From Nageia nagi (taxonomy: Eukaryota > Plantae > Pinophyta), in assembly GCA_050084985.1 (NCBI GenBank), contig JBITNC010000002.1, positions 15,810,001 to 15,874,000 on the forward strand: 64,000 nucleotides of DNA, in the 5' to 3' direction. The position numbers and the translations under genes were made by a program. Every line of letters starts with the position of its first letter. The stretch's first letter is position 1. Below the pieces are notes generated by a model. The model had not been told where the DNA came from and made no database searches. It saw nothing but the letters and a program-made list of their open reading frames with translations. Shown here piece by piece: positions 1 to 12,565 of this stretch.

Positions 1-571
1 GGTACATCACCAGTTTAAAGATCATGGTACCATCTCGTCCAAGCCCTTTATTATGCATGGTGTGAGCTCTTCCCGTACTCTTATTCATCCACCCTCAAGC
101 CCTAATCAGGGATGGGACACTCAAGACATTAATGAAGAGTATGTGGTGGGTTGGGATCCCCCTCTAAGAAAACTAAGGATCATCCGTTGAAGTCTAACAC
201 GACAACAGGCCATGATGCATTTGATCCAACTTTGTCCAATGAATGGAGGACTAATGATGGGTGGGAATTACAAACCATACCAAAGAACACCTAGCAACAT
301 ATGGTGCAGAGGAGGAATTGACCTAGGAGGGTGTTTAGGCATTTTTGTGTTTAATGCATACTTTTTTCTATTAAACTATTTTTAATGGTTTAAGTGGTTA
401 GTTGTGGTACCTTTTATCATGGTGGCACCTAATGTGTGTAATGTTTCTTTTTGTATCACCTACCCATAATTAGGGAGGGTATGATTGGACATGGGTGTGT
501 TCTCTGCCACCACCTTCATTTTGTTGATAAAGCATTTATTTAATATAAAATATCTTTTCATAAAAAAAAAA
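1..571 (+). mobile_element. Probable 3' end of a non-LTR retroelement (LINE-like tail) ending in poly(A)
   Basis: Degenerate coding-like stretch, then a T-rich UTR-like segment ending in A10 (562-571). No protein domain is recognisable. Confidence 0.3.
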
Positions 572-1047
572 TCTTGTTCCAAGCAATGAGCAAGTCATCC
601 ACATGTAGCAAAATAAGAATCAAATCATTTTCTTCATTCTAAATGTACAATCACAATTTGTATAACACTTTCTAAATCCAAAACATTATCTATCATTTTA
701 AGGTATCTTCAATTTTCCACTTAATTTACAAAAAATATCTATTCAAATCTTTCATACTCAAACTTAATACATCTACGAATAATGAATGTAATAACACTCA
801 TACATAAGTCCATGATATTCCAAAGAACAAATTATATGAAAATTCACCTTCCATCATATACCATTTTATTTAGGAGAAAGCTATCCTTCAGTCAAATTCA
901 AGATGTACCTTGAACGTATATCATTTTTGAACTACGTATAGAAATAATTGAAAATTATTGTAACATTTTTTAATTGATAATTAATGCTTGAATCTAGTTA
1001 ACTTTGACCTTAATTCATCTAATATATCTAATTTTTATTGATTTAAG

Positions 1048-1049
<2 letters not shown>

Positions 1050-1109
<60 letters not shown>
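1050..1109. repeat. (TA)n microsatellite, about 30 units
   Basis: Directly visible. Confidence 0.98.
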
Positions 1110-1113
<4 letters not shown>

Positions 1114-1437
1114 ATACTCTCAAAATATATAAATGAATTTAATTTAAGAAAAAAATAACCATATATCTGGAATTTAGCTTAAGAATAAGCTTCTCACTTA
1201 TTTATACAATCTTGAAACCTAAAAAGAAGATGATTGACATGTCCTTTACCAAAGTAAATAATTATTCCTTTCTTCGTTGACACTCCAACAATAATGAGTG
1301 GATAGCAAAATTGGAATCAATGAGAAAAATCTGTGACTCAACCCTTCGAAAAATATCTCTCCTCCCTTCTGTGACCGTCTAAAACCTTTAGTCAGCTCAA
1401 CAGAAATTTCCGCATCAGTTCCGCCGTGGCTAGCAGC

Positions 1438-1444
1438 TATAAAA
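1438..1444 (+). promoter_or_regulatory. TATA box of the UCP012943-like gene
   Basis: ctTATAAAAccc-type motif (gctataaaaccc) about 110 bp upstream of the ATG at 1552, in a CpG-retaining region. Confidence 0.6.
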
Positions 1445-1551
1445 CCCATAATCCACTTCAGATCACTTTGCCCTCTACATCGAACCCTGACAATTCATTA
1501 CACAGATCTTGAAATTCTGCTTATTGCTTTTGAATTCTGCATCTCCAAACC

Positions 1552-1916
1552 ATGGGAGGAGGCGCCGTGCTGCGAGGAATTAGCAGGATATTTGGCGGCG
1601 CCGCTACTGCCGGTGGCCGTGTTGGACTGGGCCATGGCAGCCCTGTTCAGCAGGCCGCCTCACCCATATCTTCAGCTAAGCACACCGTCTCTTCTGCTCC
1701 GCTTACGTCCTCCTCCTCCTCATGTTCTTCTGAACAAGGGTTTGATGACTGGGAATTTCCGGGTGAGGAAGGAGGAATTCAAACCCATCATCAGTATGCC
1801 CACCCTTACCATGTGGATCGGCACCCAGAGGTGCGACACCGTCTCATTTTTGGGACGGTGCCAACTTCACAGGAGGTCACTGAGGCCACTTCGGCTTTGA
1901 GGGATTACGTTAATCT
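1552..1916 (+). CDS. Exon 1 of the UCP012943-like gene
   Basis: ATG in aaaccATGG context; donor GTGAGT at 1917; phase 2. Confidence 0.9.
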
Positions 1917-4900
1917 GTGAGTTCAATGATGGGTTGTTTAAACGTTTTGATTTCTCATTTTAGTTGGTGTTTTTAGTACGAAAACCCTAATTATGGCACA
2001 TTTTACATCTATGGATCATTTTAGGGAATCAAGCATGCGGTTGATAATTAGAGAATCTGGGAATTTTAGTTAAGAAGGATGCTCATATATAGAAGAGAAT
2101 TTTCTGAGATCTGGAATTATGTTTAAAAGTATCAATATCTGTAGGAAATAGGATACCCACTTTACCAATTGAAGCTATGTTATAACCTATAGACTAACTA
2201 GGACTTCCTGATTAACGAAAAAGGGTTCTGGCCCTTTTGTTGGCGTTCTGTTTCTTTGAGTGTTCACCTACAAGAAGTTAATACAAAAACACTAACATCA
2301 TGAATGTGAATACTTTACAGCAGCAGCTCAAATATGTGTAAGCTTACAACCCAGGTCTGACAGTGAAGTACGGCCTCTGAGCTAATCTATATACTGTTCC
2401 TAGAATGTATTTGTTTGACCAAGGAAATTGAATTTCATACTGCACTAATTAGATCGTGAGGCGTCACCTACAATGCAAGACAGGGTGGGTGTAGTTATTG
2501 TAATGTTATTTAGAGTATTATCATCTGAGATAGTCTATATGCCTCAACTCTTGCTAGGGGAGTTGGTACACAAGTGATGTAACGCATCCACATTGGTGAT
2601 AACTCTCACCTCTGCATTGTTCCCTACATTCTGCTACAAATCAATAGATTTAAAGAATATTAAATTTTGACTTTAATTTTACTTTTATATATTGATTTTA
2701 GATTGTAAGTGTTTGATCAAGGAGATCGAAATTCATACAGACCTGGTTAGATTGTGATGTGTCACCTGCAATGCAATAGAGAGTGGGTATTGTAATTTTA
2801 TTTAGAGTATTATGATATTAATAAGAAATTACTTTTTTCCAAAAATCATTGAAACATTTTAAATTACTATCTCTTAGGTTTATTAGATACAGGTGCTTAA
2901 GATATCTGATATAGTCTGAACAGTAACAAGCTGAGGCTGAACTTATTGTTCTTTTTTCTTAATAAAAGAGTTTTTAAATACATGATTGCCTTTTTCATAT
3001 ATATAATGTCTACGTCTATGTTATTTAATACATTACATATGTGTGTAAAGTATTTAATCATATAGATGTAGACATAACATATAACCGTCTATTGCCTGTT
3101 GCCTTTCTTCATTTGCTCAATTTTAGCATGATTTACTCTTGTTTGTAAACTTGTATTCAATTTATTTTCTGCTATGCTAGCAGAATCATGATCGTTTTTG
3201 TTTCAGCTGAAAGTTTAATCTGGGTTCTGAATTTATATTATTAATGTGATGATTTGTGTAATAATTTCATTCTTGATCTGCTTTTTCGGTAGGGCCATCA
3301 ACCCTGCTTCCAGCACCCTTGGTCATGGGACCGTATCACCACCCTTATCACCCGTAAAGCATAAGCTTGACTCGGTTGCAGTCTCTAACATCCATGAGAT
3401 TGATGGTAAATCTGCTGGGAATCTAGTGAACCACCTTGAGCAAGAAATTGATCAAAACAAGGACAAAGTGCTGCAAAAATCTGGACACTCTTGTGTTGTT
3501 CAGGCATTCAGTTTGCTCCAGGAAAATCCTGCTGTCCAGGTATCCTTATCATATGTTTTTGTTTATCAATGTAATGACTTAATAATTTATGTAGGACACT
3601 ATAGAATATAATTTTGAGTATTGCCAACTGCCAAGTGAATGATAGTTGTGTTAGATTGTTAATTTTGTGTAATTGTTTGAAGGTTAGTTAGCAAATGTAT
3701 GTTTTCCCCTGTAATGTTAGCTGAGCTGTCATAATAATTCAGATAATAAATATAAGTAAACACTATCGTTTATGAAAGAGGCTATGGTTTAAGTAAATTT
3801 TAGAATATCCCATACATTTAGTCCTGTTGTAAATTGTAAACTCTTAGTATCTTGTCATATTCTCTGTCTCTGTCTTTCATATGAATTATTTGTTACCTGG
3901 TATAACAATGGGTTCATTTTAGGAAATGAAATTGCTTATTTGTGTCTTTTCCCATAGGTTGAAAAACTTTGTGAATTGCAATGTTTATTAAATGAGTGAT
4001 CAATATTTTTGATGAAAGTTCATTAGTCTTAAAATTCCAAAAACTTCAGAAGAATGAAACATTGTCATGAATGAAGATGCTAGAGTTATGTAAATCTTAA
4101 AGCATTTAATATGGCTAGTGTTCTTATAAACCTTGAACATAGAGTGCCTTTTAAGGAAATGGAATAGCTCTTTCCAACAATCAGCACCTTAGACTCTCTA
4201 AATGCAGCTGATAATGTCTTTTGGAGTACTCCACCTTGATCAAGGCATTGTTAATGAGATAAAACATGCAAGCCTTCTGCCAAATAAAAGGTCGAGATCT
4301 GTCATTTCTCATTATATAAAATATATATATTGGCAGTCTTTATTTCTCCTTGATCATACCTGTAACTTTAAAATGTTTTCTTAAAAAGCTTATGCTTCTG
4401 TTGAAAATCTAGAGTCTGACTCCTTTTCAATAAGTAATGATTGATCACTGTTTTCACAAAATAAGATGCACTATTCTTTCATATTTATTTCATAGATATG
4501 TTTTGTTAGTTGCCTCTGGTAAGCTTTATGATATTCTAACTCTTTTATTTATAAGTACCATGTTTTGGGATATCAGGATCATAGTATGCCGAATAATTTA
4601 TAAATCTAAATGAGATATGACAAGCTCTTTGACAGGTTCTTCATTCTTCCTCTTTGTCTCCTCTTAATTTGGTAATGTGTGGAGCACTCTTTATTGTAAT
4701 GGAGGTTTACTTTTCTTCTTCTCTATGCTACTGCCAGATCCTAATAGCATTCGAGGGTGGTAATGTGAACTGCTCCACTTGTATCATTCAAAAAAAAAAT
4801 TGAACAGTTCAAAAAAGGAAGCATTTTCCTTAGCTTACATCTTCTCAAAAATCTGCTGCTTTTACCTGAATTGTCTTTATGTATAAGTTATAACCTCTTA

Positions 4901-5653
4901 ACTTCTACTCCATTAAAACATTCTGGACATGCTAAATGCAAAGTTAGGAATAACACTGAATAGTGAAATCTATTTTGCAGGATATTCAAATGTCCGATAT
5001 GTAGTTTCTAATAAGTACCAAATCATATTTCTCAATGCTTTAGGAATTCTCTGTGAGCTACTTAATGTCGGTGGTTTACGGATTTTCTTTGGCATTTCCT
5101 AATATGCAGGGGATGGTCTTCTCACTTGCATCAGATGAAGCTATCTGGAATGCTGTGATGAACAACGAGAAGGTCAAGGAGTTCAGCCAATCACTCGTGA
5201 AAGGTTGTTAAATCATCTTGATTTTGAACATGATTGACAAAAGATTTGTATGTTTATTCATCAATACAGGGCACAGTAATTTTTTCAAAAATAAATTTGC
5301 CTATAGATCTTATCTTTCATGAATGATTATGGATCATAGGTGCGCCAGAGTATTCACAGACAGATGAGGATACATACAACTGTTCTAATGATCAAAAGAA
5401 TTATTTTCCAACAGATGAGAATGAAAAAAACAGTTCTCGTGGCCAGAAGAGTCGTTTTTTTGAAGCTATGGAAAATTTGAAGGCAAAGGTGTTCGAGTAC
5501 ATGGAGAAAATAACAGAGTTCTGTAGTCAATTTTTGGGATCCAACGCAGATAAAGTATTTTCAGAGAAAGATGGAGAAGTTCTGCGGGCACTGAAGGCCT
5601 CATCAATGCTTTGTATTGTAGTACTGTTGATAATCATAATCAGGCGGCTTTAA
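1552..5653 (+). CDS. Plant uncharacterised conserved protein, UCP012943-like (At5g54540/At4g25170 family); join(1552..1916,3293..3539,5110..5203,5340..5653), 339 aa
   Basis: Four exons with GT-AG introns and consistent phases (2, 0, 1) give 1020 nt in one open frame. Family motifs: MGGGA-start, DDWEF, RLIFGTVPTSQEVTEATSAL, AFSLLQENPAVQGMVFSLASDEAIWNAVMNNEKV, and a C-terminal hydrophobic helix (SSMLCIVVLLIIIIRR). Confidence 0.88.
3293..3539 (+). CDS. Exon 2 of the UCP012943-like gene
   Basis: Acceptor ttttcggtAG at 3291-3292; donor GTATCC at 3540; encodes AFSLLQENPAVQ. Confidence 0.87.
5110..5203 (+). CDS. Exon 3 of the UCP012943-like gene (missing from the ORF track)
   Basis: Acceptor atgcAG at 5108-5109; donor GT at 5204; encodes GMVFSLASDEAIWNAVMNNEKVKEFSQSLVK. 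Confidence 0.9.
5340..5653 (+). CDS. Exon 4 (terminal) of the UCP012943-like gene
   Basis: Acceptor catAG at 5338-5339, in frame to TAA at 5651-5653. An in-frame alternative acceptor would start the exon at 5415. Confidence 0.8.
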
Positions 5654-6599
5654 GTTAGATATGTATTATTATTTAGGTTAATTAATGACACCCAGACATT
5701 TACGGACATTATGGAATATTTGAAACTCGAAAATTGTAGTTGGTTATTTGAATGGTGTTTTATAAAGGTCTTATCTATATCTGTACTTTTGTATAGAGAA
5801 GCCATGTGTGTATAATTGCTAGTATACGTGAGAACTGGAAGCATGATGTAATTGCTTATACTTGACATGCTTAAAGTATGTAGCATATCTGCTTAAAGAT
5901 GTTTTTCACATATAGAATGCATGGATTAATTTCATTAATTGTTTTTGCCGTAAGACTTCAGTTTAATGACAGGATGGGTTTATGTGTTTTCACCATGAAA
6001 TAGAAACAACTTTTAGATTATAGCTGATTTGATTGTATTTTAAACAGAGGAATATAATTGTGGAATCAAATTTGCAATAATTGAACAGGGAATGTTGGAA
6101 TATAACTTTTTCATTTCGGTTTTTCTTTTTTAAGTAATTTGTATCACATTTTAATTGTCGTTTGCTGTTGAGTTATTCTTATCTATTTCTTTAATTTACC
6201 TTATCATTCTACATGACTTTCTTAATTAATCGGGCATTTCTCATTGTGACCTTATTGATTTAAACATTAATTTTTTAATGTTTATAATGTTAATTTGAAT
6301 GAATATAGATCAGGGTACACAGAAAATTACAAAGGTATTAGAGATTTTTTTTTTTATCAATAAAGTAAATTTTGTATTAATTAATAAATTGGAGTTTAAA
6401 GAATCTCCAAAATCTTTATAGTTTCTAAAATAAGTTTTTATATAATATAGTATGATTCTTAAAACATAAATAGAGAAGAATGAAGTAAAAATTATTATAT
6501 AGAAAAATTTTGATTTACTTTTACAAAAAATAATTTGTAATATATATTTGATCTTTTCCTCCTCCAATCGTTTTCTAGCTGTATATATGGAGCTTCATC

Positions 6600-7969
6600 G
6601 TTCTCTAGGATCTTGAAATGCATTTCCTTATATATGTTCTTGAAAAATTGTGTATATCTATTTGTTGTGTAATAAGGTGAAGTCTTTTTTATCTATTTGT
6701 TCATAGATCTTGCTTGTCTCTCCTTTTCTTAATATCGGTTTAGCTAGCATTTTCTTGTACAACATATTATTTGTTGGCACTCTAAGGATTATTACTTTTG
6801 GTCTAGCACATTTTTCAGGTTTGAATTCCATCACAATTGTCTTCTCCTCCATCTCTTTGGCTTTTTATTTTTTTTTGTCTTCATTTCCTCTTTATAGGTT
6901 TTAGTTGTGCTCCTTGTTCATTCGTGGATTGTGTATTGTTCACGGGACTCCTCCTCCAATTCAATTATCATTGTTAGGGTATCCATCTTGGTCTTCTTCA
7001 CCACCATTCTTTGTTTTTCTCTTGTGTTTTTCCTTTTGGTCCTCTTTGACTCCTTTTGTTGTATCTTGTGTGCTTCATTCTTTGCATGCTGATCATTTGC
7101 TTCAATCTCATGTTTTTGTGGCTTCTGTTGCTTTTGTTATGTTTGTTCCTCTTTTCTTCTAGTAAGTTCTTTGTTTCTTTATACCCCATTTTGGTGTTTC
7201 CTCATGAATCTTTGTTTTCCCTTTTTTATCTACTTCATTCTTCTCCTTGTTTCTTTCATTTAGAGTTTTTCCTTTTATCTCCCTTCCTTTCTCCTTTTTT
7301 TGCCTTCCTTTTTTTAGTTAAAAATTCTAACAAAGGGGTGTTTTCTTCTTCTCTAATATGTACTTTAGGATTACCCTATGGCCTTCTATCCAATGGTATA
7401 TCATAAACTAACTTTATAACTGATTGATATTGGGGAATATCAATTTCCTCAAACTTGTTAATTGAGATTTGCATTTCTTCTAGAAATTGACTTTTTCAAA
7501 AGTTGAAAATCTAAAAAGATTCAAAAGCTCAAAATTATAAGCTAATAACACTTTATGTTGCCTTTTTAAAGTAACATACTTATTGATTTCTTCAACTACT
7601 CCATCCCATAGTCTTGGGAGGTTATTTTCTCTCGTACCATGTTCCATACTTTTCAAATTCCTCTCCTGGTTGTTTGAACTTTGCTATTTCTTGAAGCTTG
7701 TTTAAAATGCTCTCTTTTGATCTCTTTTCCATCATTTCTCAAATGGGGTGGCCTTTGCTACAATCTCTTCACTAAAATTCCAAATTGTTCATCTTGGTGA
7801 TTCCTCCACACCATGTTCTTCCCACCTTTAGTGATAGTTGAGGGTCGAAAACCTTGCATGCCTCCATAAATTTTGTTAGTCATCCTTCAATCAACACTTT
7901 CCATGCTTGTTTATCTATTCTAACAAGTTTTGTTGATGTTGGCTTTGTCTTAACTTGATCTCCTTTCAT
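6600..7969 (-). pseudogene. Degenerate unknown ORF between LINE ORF2 and the poly(A)
   Basis: Starts MKGDQVKTKPTSTKLVRIDKQAWKVLIEG*LTKFMEACKVFDPQLSLKVGRTW, continues LPRLWDGVVEEINKYVTLKRQHKVLLAYNFELLNLFRF, then an E/K-rich tail. The 3' end is approximate. Confidence 0.55.
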
Positions 7970-8399
7970 TCTTCCTCTCCTTAGACTCTTCTCCTTTCGA
8001 ATTTTCTTTCCTTTGTGTCTGCCCAGTCTAGTTTTCGAATCTTCTTTACACACCCTATCCTCCCATTGATTGCTTTGGCACAATTTGTAATTAATGCATC
8101 CCTTTCGCTAGCTTGTCCTTTCACACATGTTTATAGAATTCTTCCTTTTTCCATGCATTTGTATATGCTTATTACTATGTTAGTTCTTTTAATCTGCTAA
8201 GTTATCTTCTCGTATTTTGTTCCCTTTGTATCAACCCTTGTAATGATTCTAATCTTGATGTGGTGATTAATTACTCTCGTTTTAAAAAAATTCATCATTT
8301 AGTCAAAGATTTATAAGGTTTGAGGTCTTCACTCTTACTTGTGTAAACCTTAATATTTTCCATTAATCTTATCATTGTTATTTTATGAACCTGGTTTAC

Positions 8400-11360
8400 T
8401 TCATTCTCCTTCAGAGATCCTATTGTTCCATTCTTTCTAGACTTGCCAACAAACATGTGTTAGAATAAAGCTCCAAAGTGTTCTTTTGCTTTTCCTTACT
8501 GTTGTCTTTGGCCACTATATACTCATTTCTTGTATTGTATGTGGTGGAGCCTAATGATAATTTAGAACTTTCTTGATCCTTTCCCATAATTTTGATGTAA
8601 ATCTACAACAATTTTTATGTAAATAATTTCCATAGTTTGTAGCTTGTTGTATGGAACAATCCACATGAAAAATTCTAATCTTGGAATTAATCCTTTTAAC
8701 CATATGTTTCCCCATAATTTTATTTTATTTTTTCCTACATGTATCCTTTTAGCCATCTTATTGCATCTCTAACATTATATGTACCATATTTTGCTTTCGT
8801 CCGTATTAGGATGTTCCTCTCCTTATTGGGAACTATGTCTTTTTATTGGATCTCTTAAATGACTATTTCAAACTGTGCTTCAATCTTCTTGTTAGGGGGC
8901 TTTTTGATCTCCCACTTTTTATCCTCAATTTTATAATAATCATTTACTTTATTTACTTGTTCTTTGATAACCTAATCACTCCACTCCTTAAATTTTTGTA
9001 GCAAATCAAATATTTTTCCCCTAACCAAGTATCTTTTGTAAAAAATATTTCTTCCCTTCTTCCTATTTCCCACCTTATATTGTGAGTAAGGATATATCTA
9101 ATCTTTAGTATCTCATTCCAAAAAGGGGATCCATATGATGGATTTTCTACCCCTTAAAAGGGAATTTGTATTTTGAAGATATTTTGTCTTGCATATTTTT
9201 ATCCACTCTCTATCCTCCTCTATAGCCATTTTCTATGTTAGTTTTCCCCTAAAGGTTTGACTTTCCTTTATTATTCTATTCAGATCTAGCCACCTTTTCC
9301 CTTTTCTCTACATATTTTGTCCCAAAAAACTTTTCCTTTTTTCACTTCCTCCATCTTAAAGAAATATCCTACATACTTTGTCTATTTTATTTGTTACTAT
9401 CTTTGGCATTTTGAATATCATGGCACTATAGATTGAGATAATTTATAAATTATGTTTGATAAGCAAAAGTTTACCATCATACCTTTCCAACCTATGAACT
9501 TCTTATCAGTTTTGTTTAGCATCTCATTCAAGTATGTTTTCCTCACCCTTTCTATAAAGAGGGGCATTCCCAAGTACCTAATTGGGAATTATATCTTACA
9601 ACGTAGGACTTCTTCTACTTTCTTATCTTTGGTCTGTAGAGTTTAGTTTTTTTTTTCTTGAATATTTACCCTTTGATGGGTTTCCCTTTTATAATTTCTC
9701 AAAATATTCCCGAATTATTTTGCTTTATTCTTAGTTGCTTTTCCCACCAGGGTTGCATTATCAACAAATTGATGGTGAGTCATTGAATTATAGTGTTTTG
9801 CTAGTAACATTCTTCTTATAAGCTTATTTTCTTAAGCTTTTTTATATATACCTTCCAAGAGCCTCTAAATTTATTATGAAAAGATAAGGAGATATCGGGT
9901 CTCCTTGCCTTAGATCTCTCCTTGATTCAAAATAGCCCACTAGTTTTGAGTTCTCCATTTATTATGTCCAAGAATCTTAGTGTTGATATACATTATGAAA
10001 TCCATCTCCTTCATTTTCCTCCAAAAGAAAATCTTTGGAGCATCAATTCTAGGATGACCCAATTGACTTTATCATAAGCCTTCTCCATATCTAATTTGAT
10101 TAGCATGGCTTTTTCTTTCCTAACTTTGATTGAGTGTAACACTTCATGCATAAGAAAAATCCCATCTGTTATCGGTCTCCCTTGCATAAACCCATCCAGT
10201 TCTTTTAATATTAATGCAAGTAAAAATCCCTTCATTCACTTTGCCGTAATCTTTGTGATTATTTTATATGGGACATTTCATATGCTGAATATTGGTTTAT
10301 ATTCTTTCAAGTTTGTTACTTTTGGAGTTTATGGAATTAGAATCAAGAAGGTTACATTCCATGTTTTCAATGAGTGTTATCTTTTGAAGAATTCAATCAT
10401 TGCTTCAACTACTTCATTTCCTACTATTTCTTAGTTCTTCTAAAAAAACCCGATGAGGAATCCATCTAAACTTGGAGCCTTGTCCTTCTTCGTAAAAATA
10501 TTACCCTCTTAACCTCTCTTTTTGTGATTTTTTTCTCTAGCTCTTCATTCATGTTTTGATCTATTATCTTAGGGATATATTATAGGATAGATTTCATTGC
10601 TCTTTTGTTTTTCCTTTGGTCTATTTGGAGGAGTTTATTATAAAATCCATCGTATTGTTTTTTTAATTTCCTCTTCCTCATTTATCATTGTACCATTTTC
10701 TTTTCTTAGTTATATTATCTTATTGGAGCTTCTTTGGATAGTTGTGATTTTAAAGAATGCAATATTTTTATCTCCATCCTTTATCTAGGATATTCTTGAT
10801 TTTTGCCTCTAGTCCATTTCTTCTTGCTTTAGAATATTATGATATTTTGCTGGAACCTCTTTTTCTATTTTGTTAATTTCCTCATCTGTCTTTTCTTAAT
10901 ATTTTATGCTCTATTTATCCATTTCTTCTTTTAGTTAATTTTTCCTTTCCTCCATATTTTTAAATATGATTTTATTCCATTGCTTTAGTCTTCTTTTTAC
11001 CTTTCCTAACTTCTTGAAGACTCTATACATGGATTTTCCTTTCACTTTGAATCTCCACCATTCCTTCAAGTTCTCCTTAAAGATCATGTACATCATCCAC
11101 ATAAATTCAAACTTAAAAGGTGATTTCTTTTTATGCTTTTTATTTATATTTAGTTTGATAGGATAATGATCAAATGCAATCCTAGGTAGTGAACTCAAGT
11201 CTAAATTTTGGAAATCCTCAAGCCATTCAAGTGTTGTTGTTATCCTATTAAATCTTCTTTGAATGAAGTCTTTCCATGTCTACTACTTTAGATGTATTCA
11301 TAAAATACCTCAAATCATGCATATGTCTTGTTAGGTTTACTTTTCCTTTGCATTTGTCTT
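8400..11360 (-). pseudogene. LINE ORF2 (endonuclease/reverse transcriptase) relic
   Basis: ORF fragments 10935-11198, 10011-10235 and 8562-8756 carry ORF2 motifs in the right order, with many stops and frameshifts. Confidence 0.9.
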
Positions 11361-11779
11361 TAATGTTTTACCTAACATATATTCTTATATCATTATATCA
11401 TACTTCATTAAGGAATGTGGGTTATTATTTTACCTCCTTAGAACAACCATCCATTAATAAGTAAAATATATATTTACATGCACTAATAAATTTAAGTAAT
11501 TTATATTTAATACTTAAATTTATATATCTTCATCAATTATCCTATTACATTTTAAAGTAAGGATCCTAAAACAATAATATAATAAATCTTTACGATATCT
11601 AGTGTAATTTTTACAAAATTATATTTCCTCTTGCAATTATTCTATATATTTATAAAAGCTCCTACAAATTTAAAACAAATATTATATCAATTAAAATATT
11701 CCTAAACATCTAAGATAACAATAATAAATAATATTCATTTAATAAATTTTGAGGAAGATTATTTATGTAGAATACCTAG

Positions 11780-12161
11780 TGGCTTTTGTATCACCACTAA
11801 TCTTCTGATAATGCTCTCCATGTTGGAATGCAGGAATTGATTTACATCCCTCACAACATCATCCCCTACAATAAATTTAAAGATGGTCTAGATTACAGTG
11901 TGGCACCCAATGCTTACTTGAAGGTTCTTCTCAGGTCTAGTGATGGGTCTAGAGAAGCCTATGAATGCATTAGTCACTCTTTACTTTGTTGGAAGAGAAA
12001 ACACTACCAATTGTACACCTCTTGATGCACCCTTGAACAAATCTGTAAGGTTTCTATGAAGAGAAGAGAGTGATAGACATCAGAGTGTTAGATGCCATAC
12101 CCTAGATCTTCGTTGTACTCCATATCATCCTTCAACTAACATATTAAACTACTCTTTGATG
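11780..12161 (-). mobile_element. Old Copia-like relic, left part (split by Gypsy A)
   Basis: Minus strand reads SRVWHLTL (GAG-pre-integrase WHxRLGH-like) and is collinear with 31802-32620. Confidence 0.35.
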
Positions 12162-12565
12162 TGTAATGTTCCCATTTTTAGGGTGATTTCCCATTTCGTC
12201 ATTGTAAAGTGGGAACATTTAGTTAGAAGTATTTTTATTTAATTTAAGAATTTAGTGGACATTTGGCCATTTATTTGTAAGTTCCACTTGGAGATTAGTT
12301 AATTGCTCCAAATATGGGACATTGTGCCTATTTTAGCATGTTAGATGTTATTTTATATTTAATTATACCAATAATGATGTATTAATGATACTAAGGCTAG
12401 TCACTAATTGTAAATGCAATATTAGTCACCTAATTTGGGGCATTGCATATTAAGAGCCTTGATGAATGTAAATTGGGATTTAATAGGCCTCTCTTGAATT
12501 AACTGCTCCCCTTTCAGGGTAAAGCATGAATCAAGGTGATTTCATCTATCTCGAGGTACCAATAA

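Larger units (their letters stand above)
6345..11360 (-). mobile_element. Degenerate 5'-truncated L1-type LINE (EN-RT-zf-RVT) with a ~2 kb 3' extension and poly(A)
   Basis: Endonuclease C-terminus (SSLPRIAFDHYPIKL, PFKFEFMW). RT motifs (GFMQGRPITDGIFLMHEVLHS, LIKLDMEKAYDKVNW, LRQGDPISPYLF). zf-RVT-like IWLKGLIPRLEFFMW and terminal WQV*KEWNNRI. Poly(T) on the + strand at 6345-6355. Confidence 0.85.

Noticed and set aside
1592-1900. Overlapping 102-aa ORF in exon 1
   Set aside because: An alternative frame of a GC-rich exon with a non-ATG start; the family motifs are in the other frame.
1982-1990. Telo-box aaaccctaa (similar words at about 35340 and 36641)
   Set aside because: Single short motifs are expected by chance in AT-rich DNA, and there is no telomeric array.
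6710-7406. Hydrophobic + strand ORFs resembling membrane proteins
   Set aside because: They are the antisense of the E/K-rich purine tract of the LINE 3' region.
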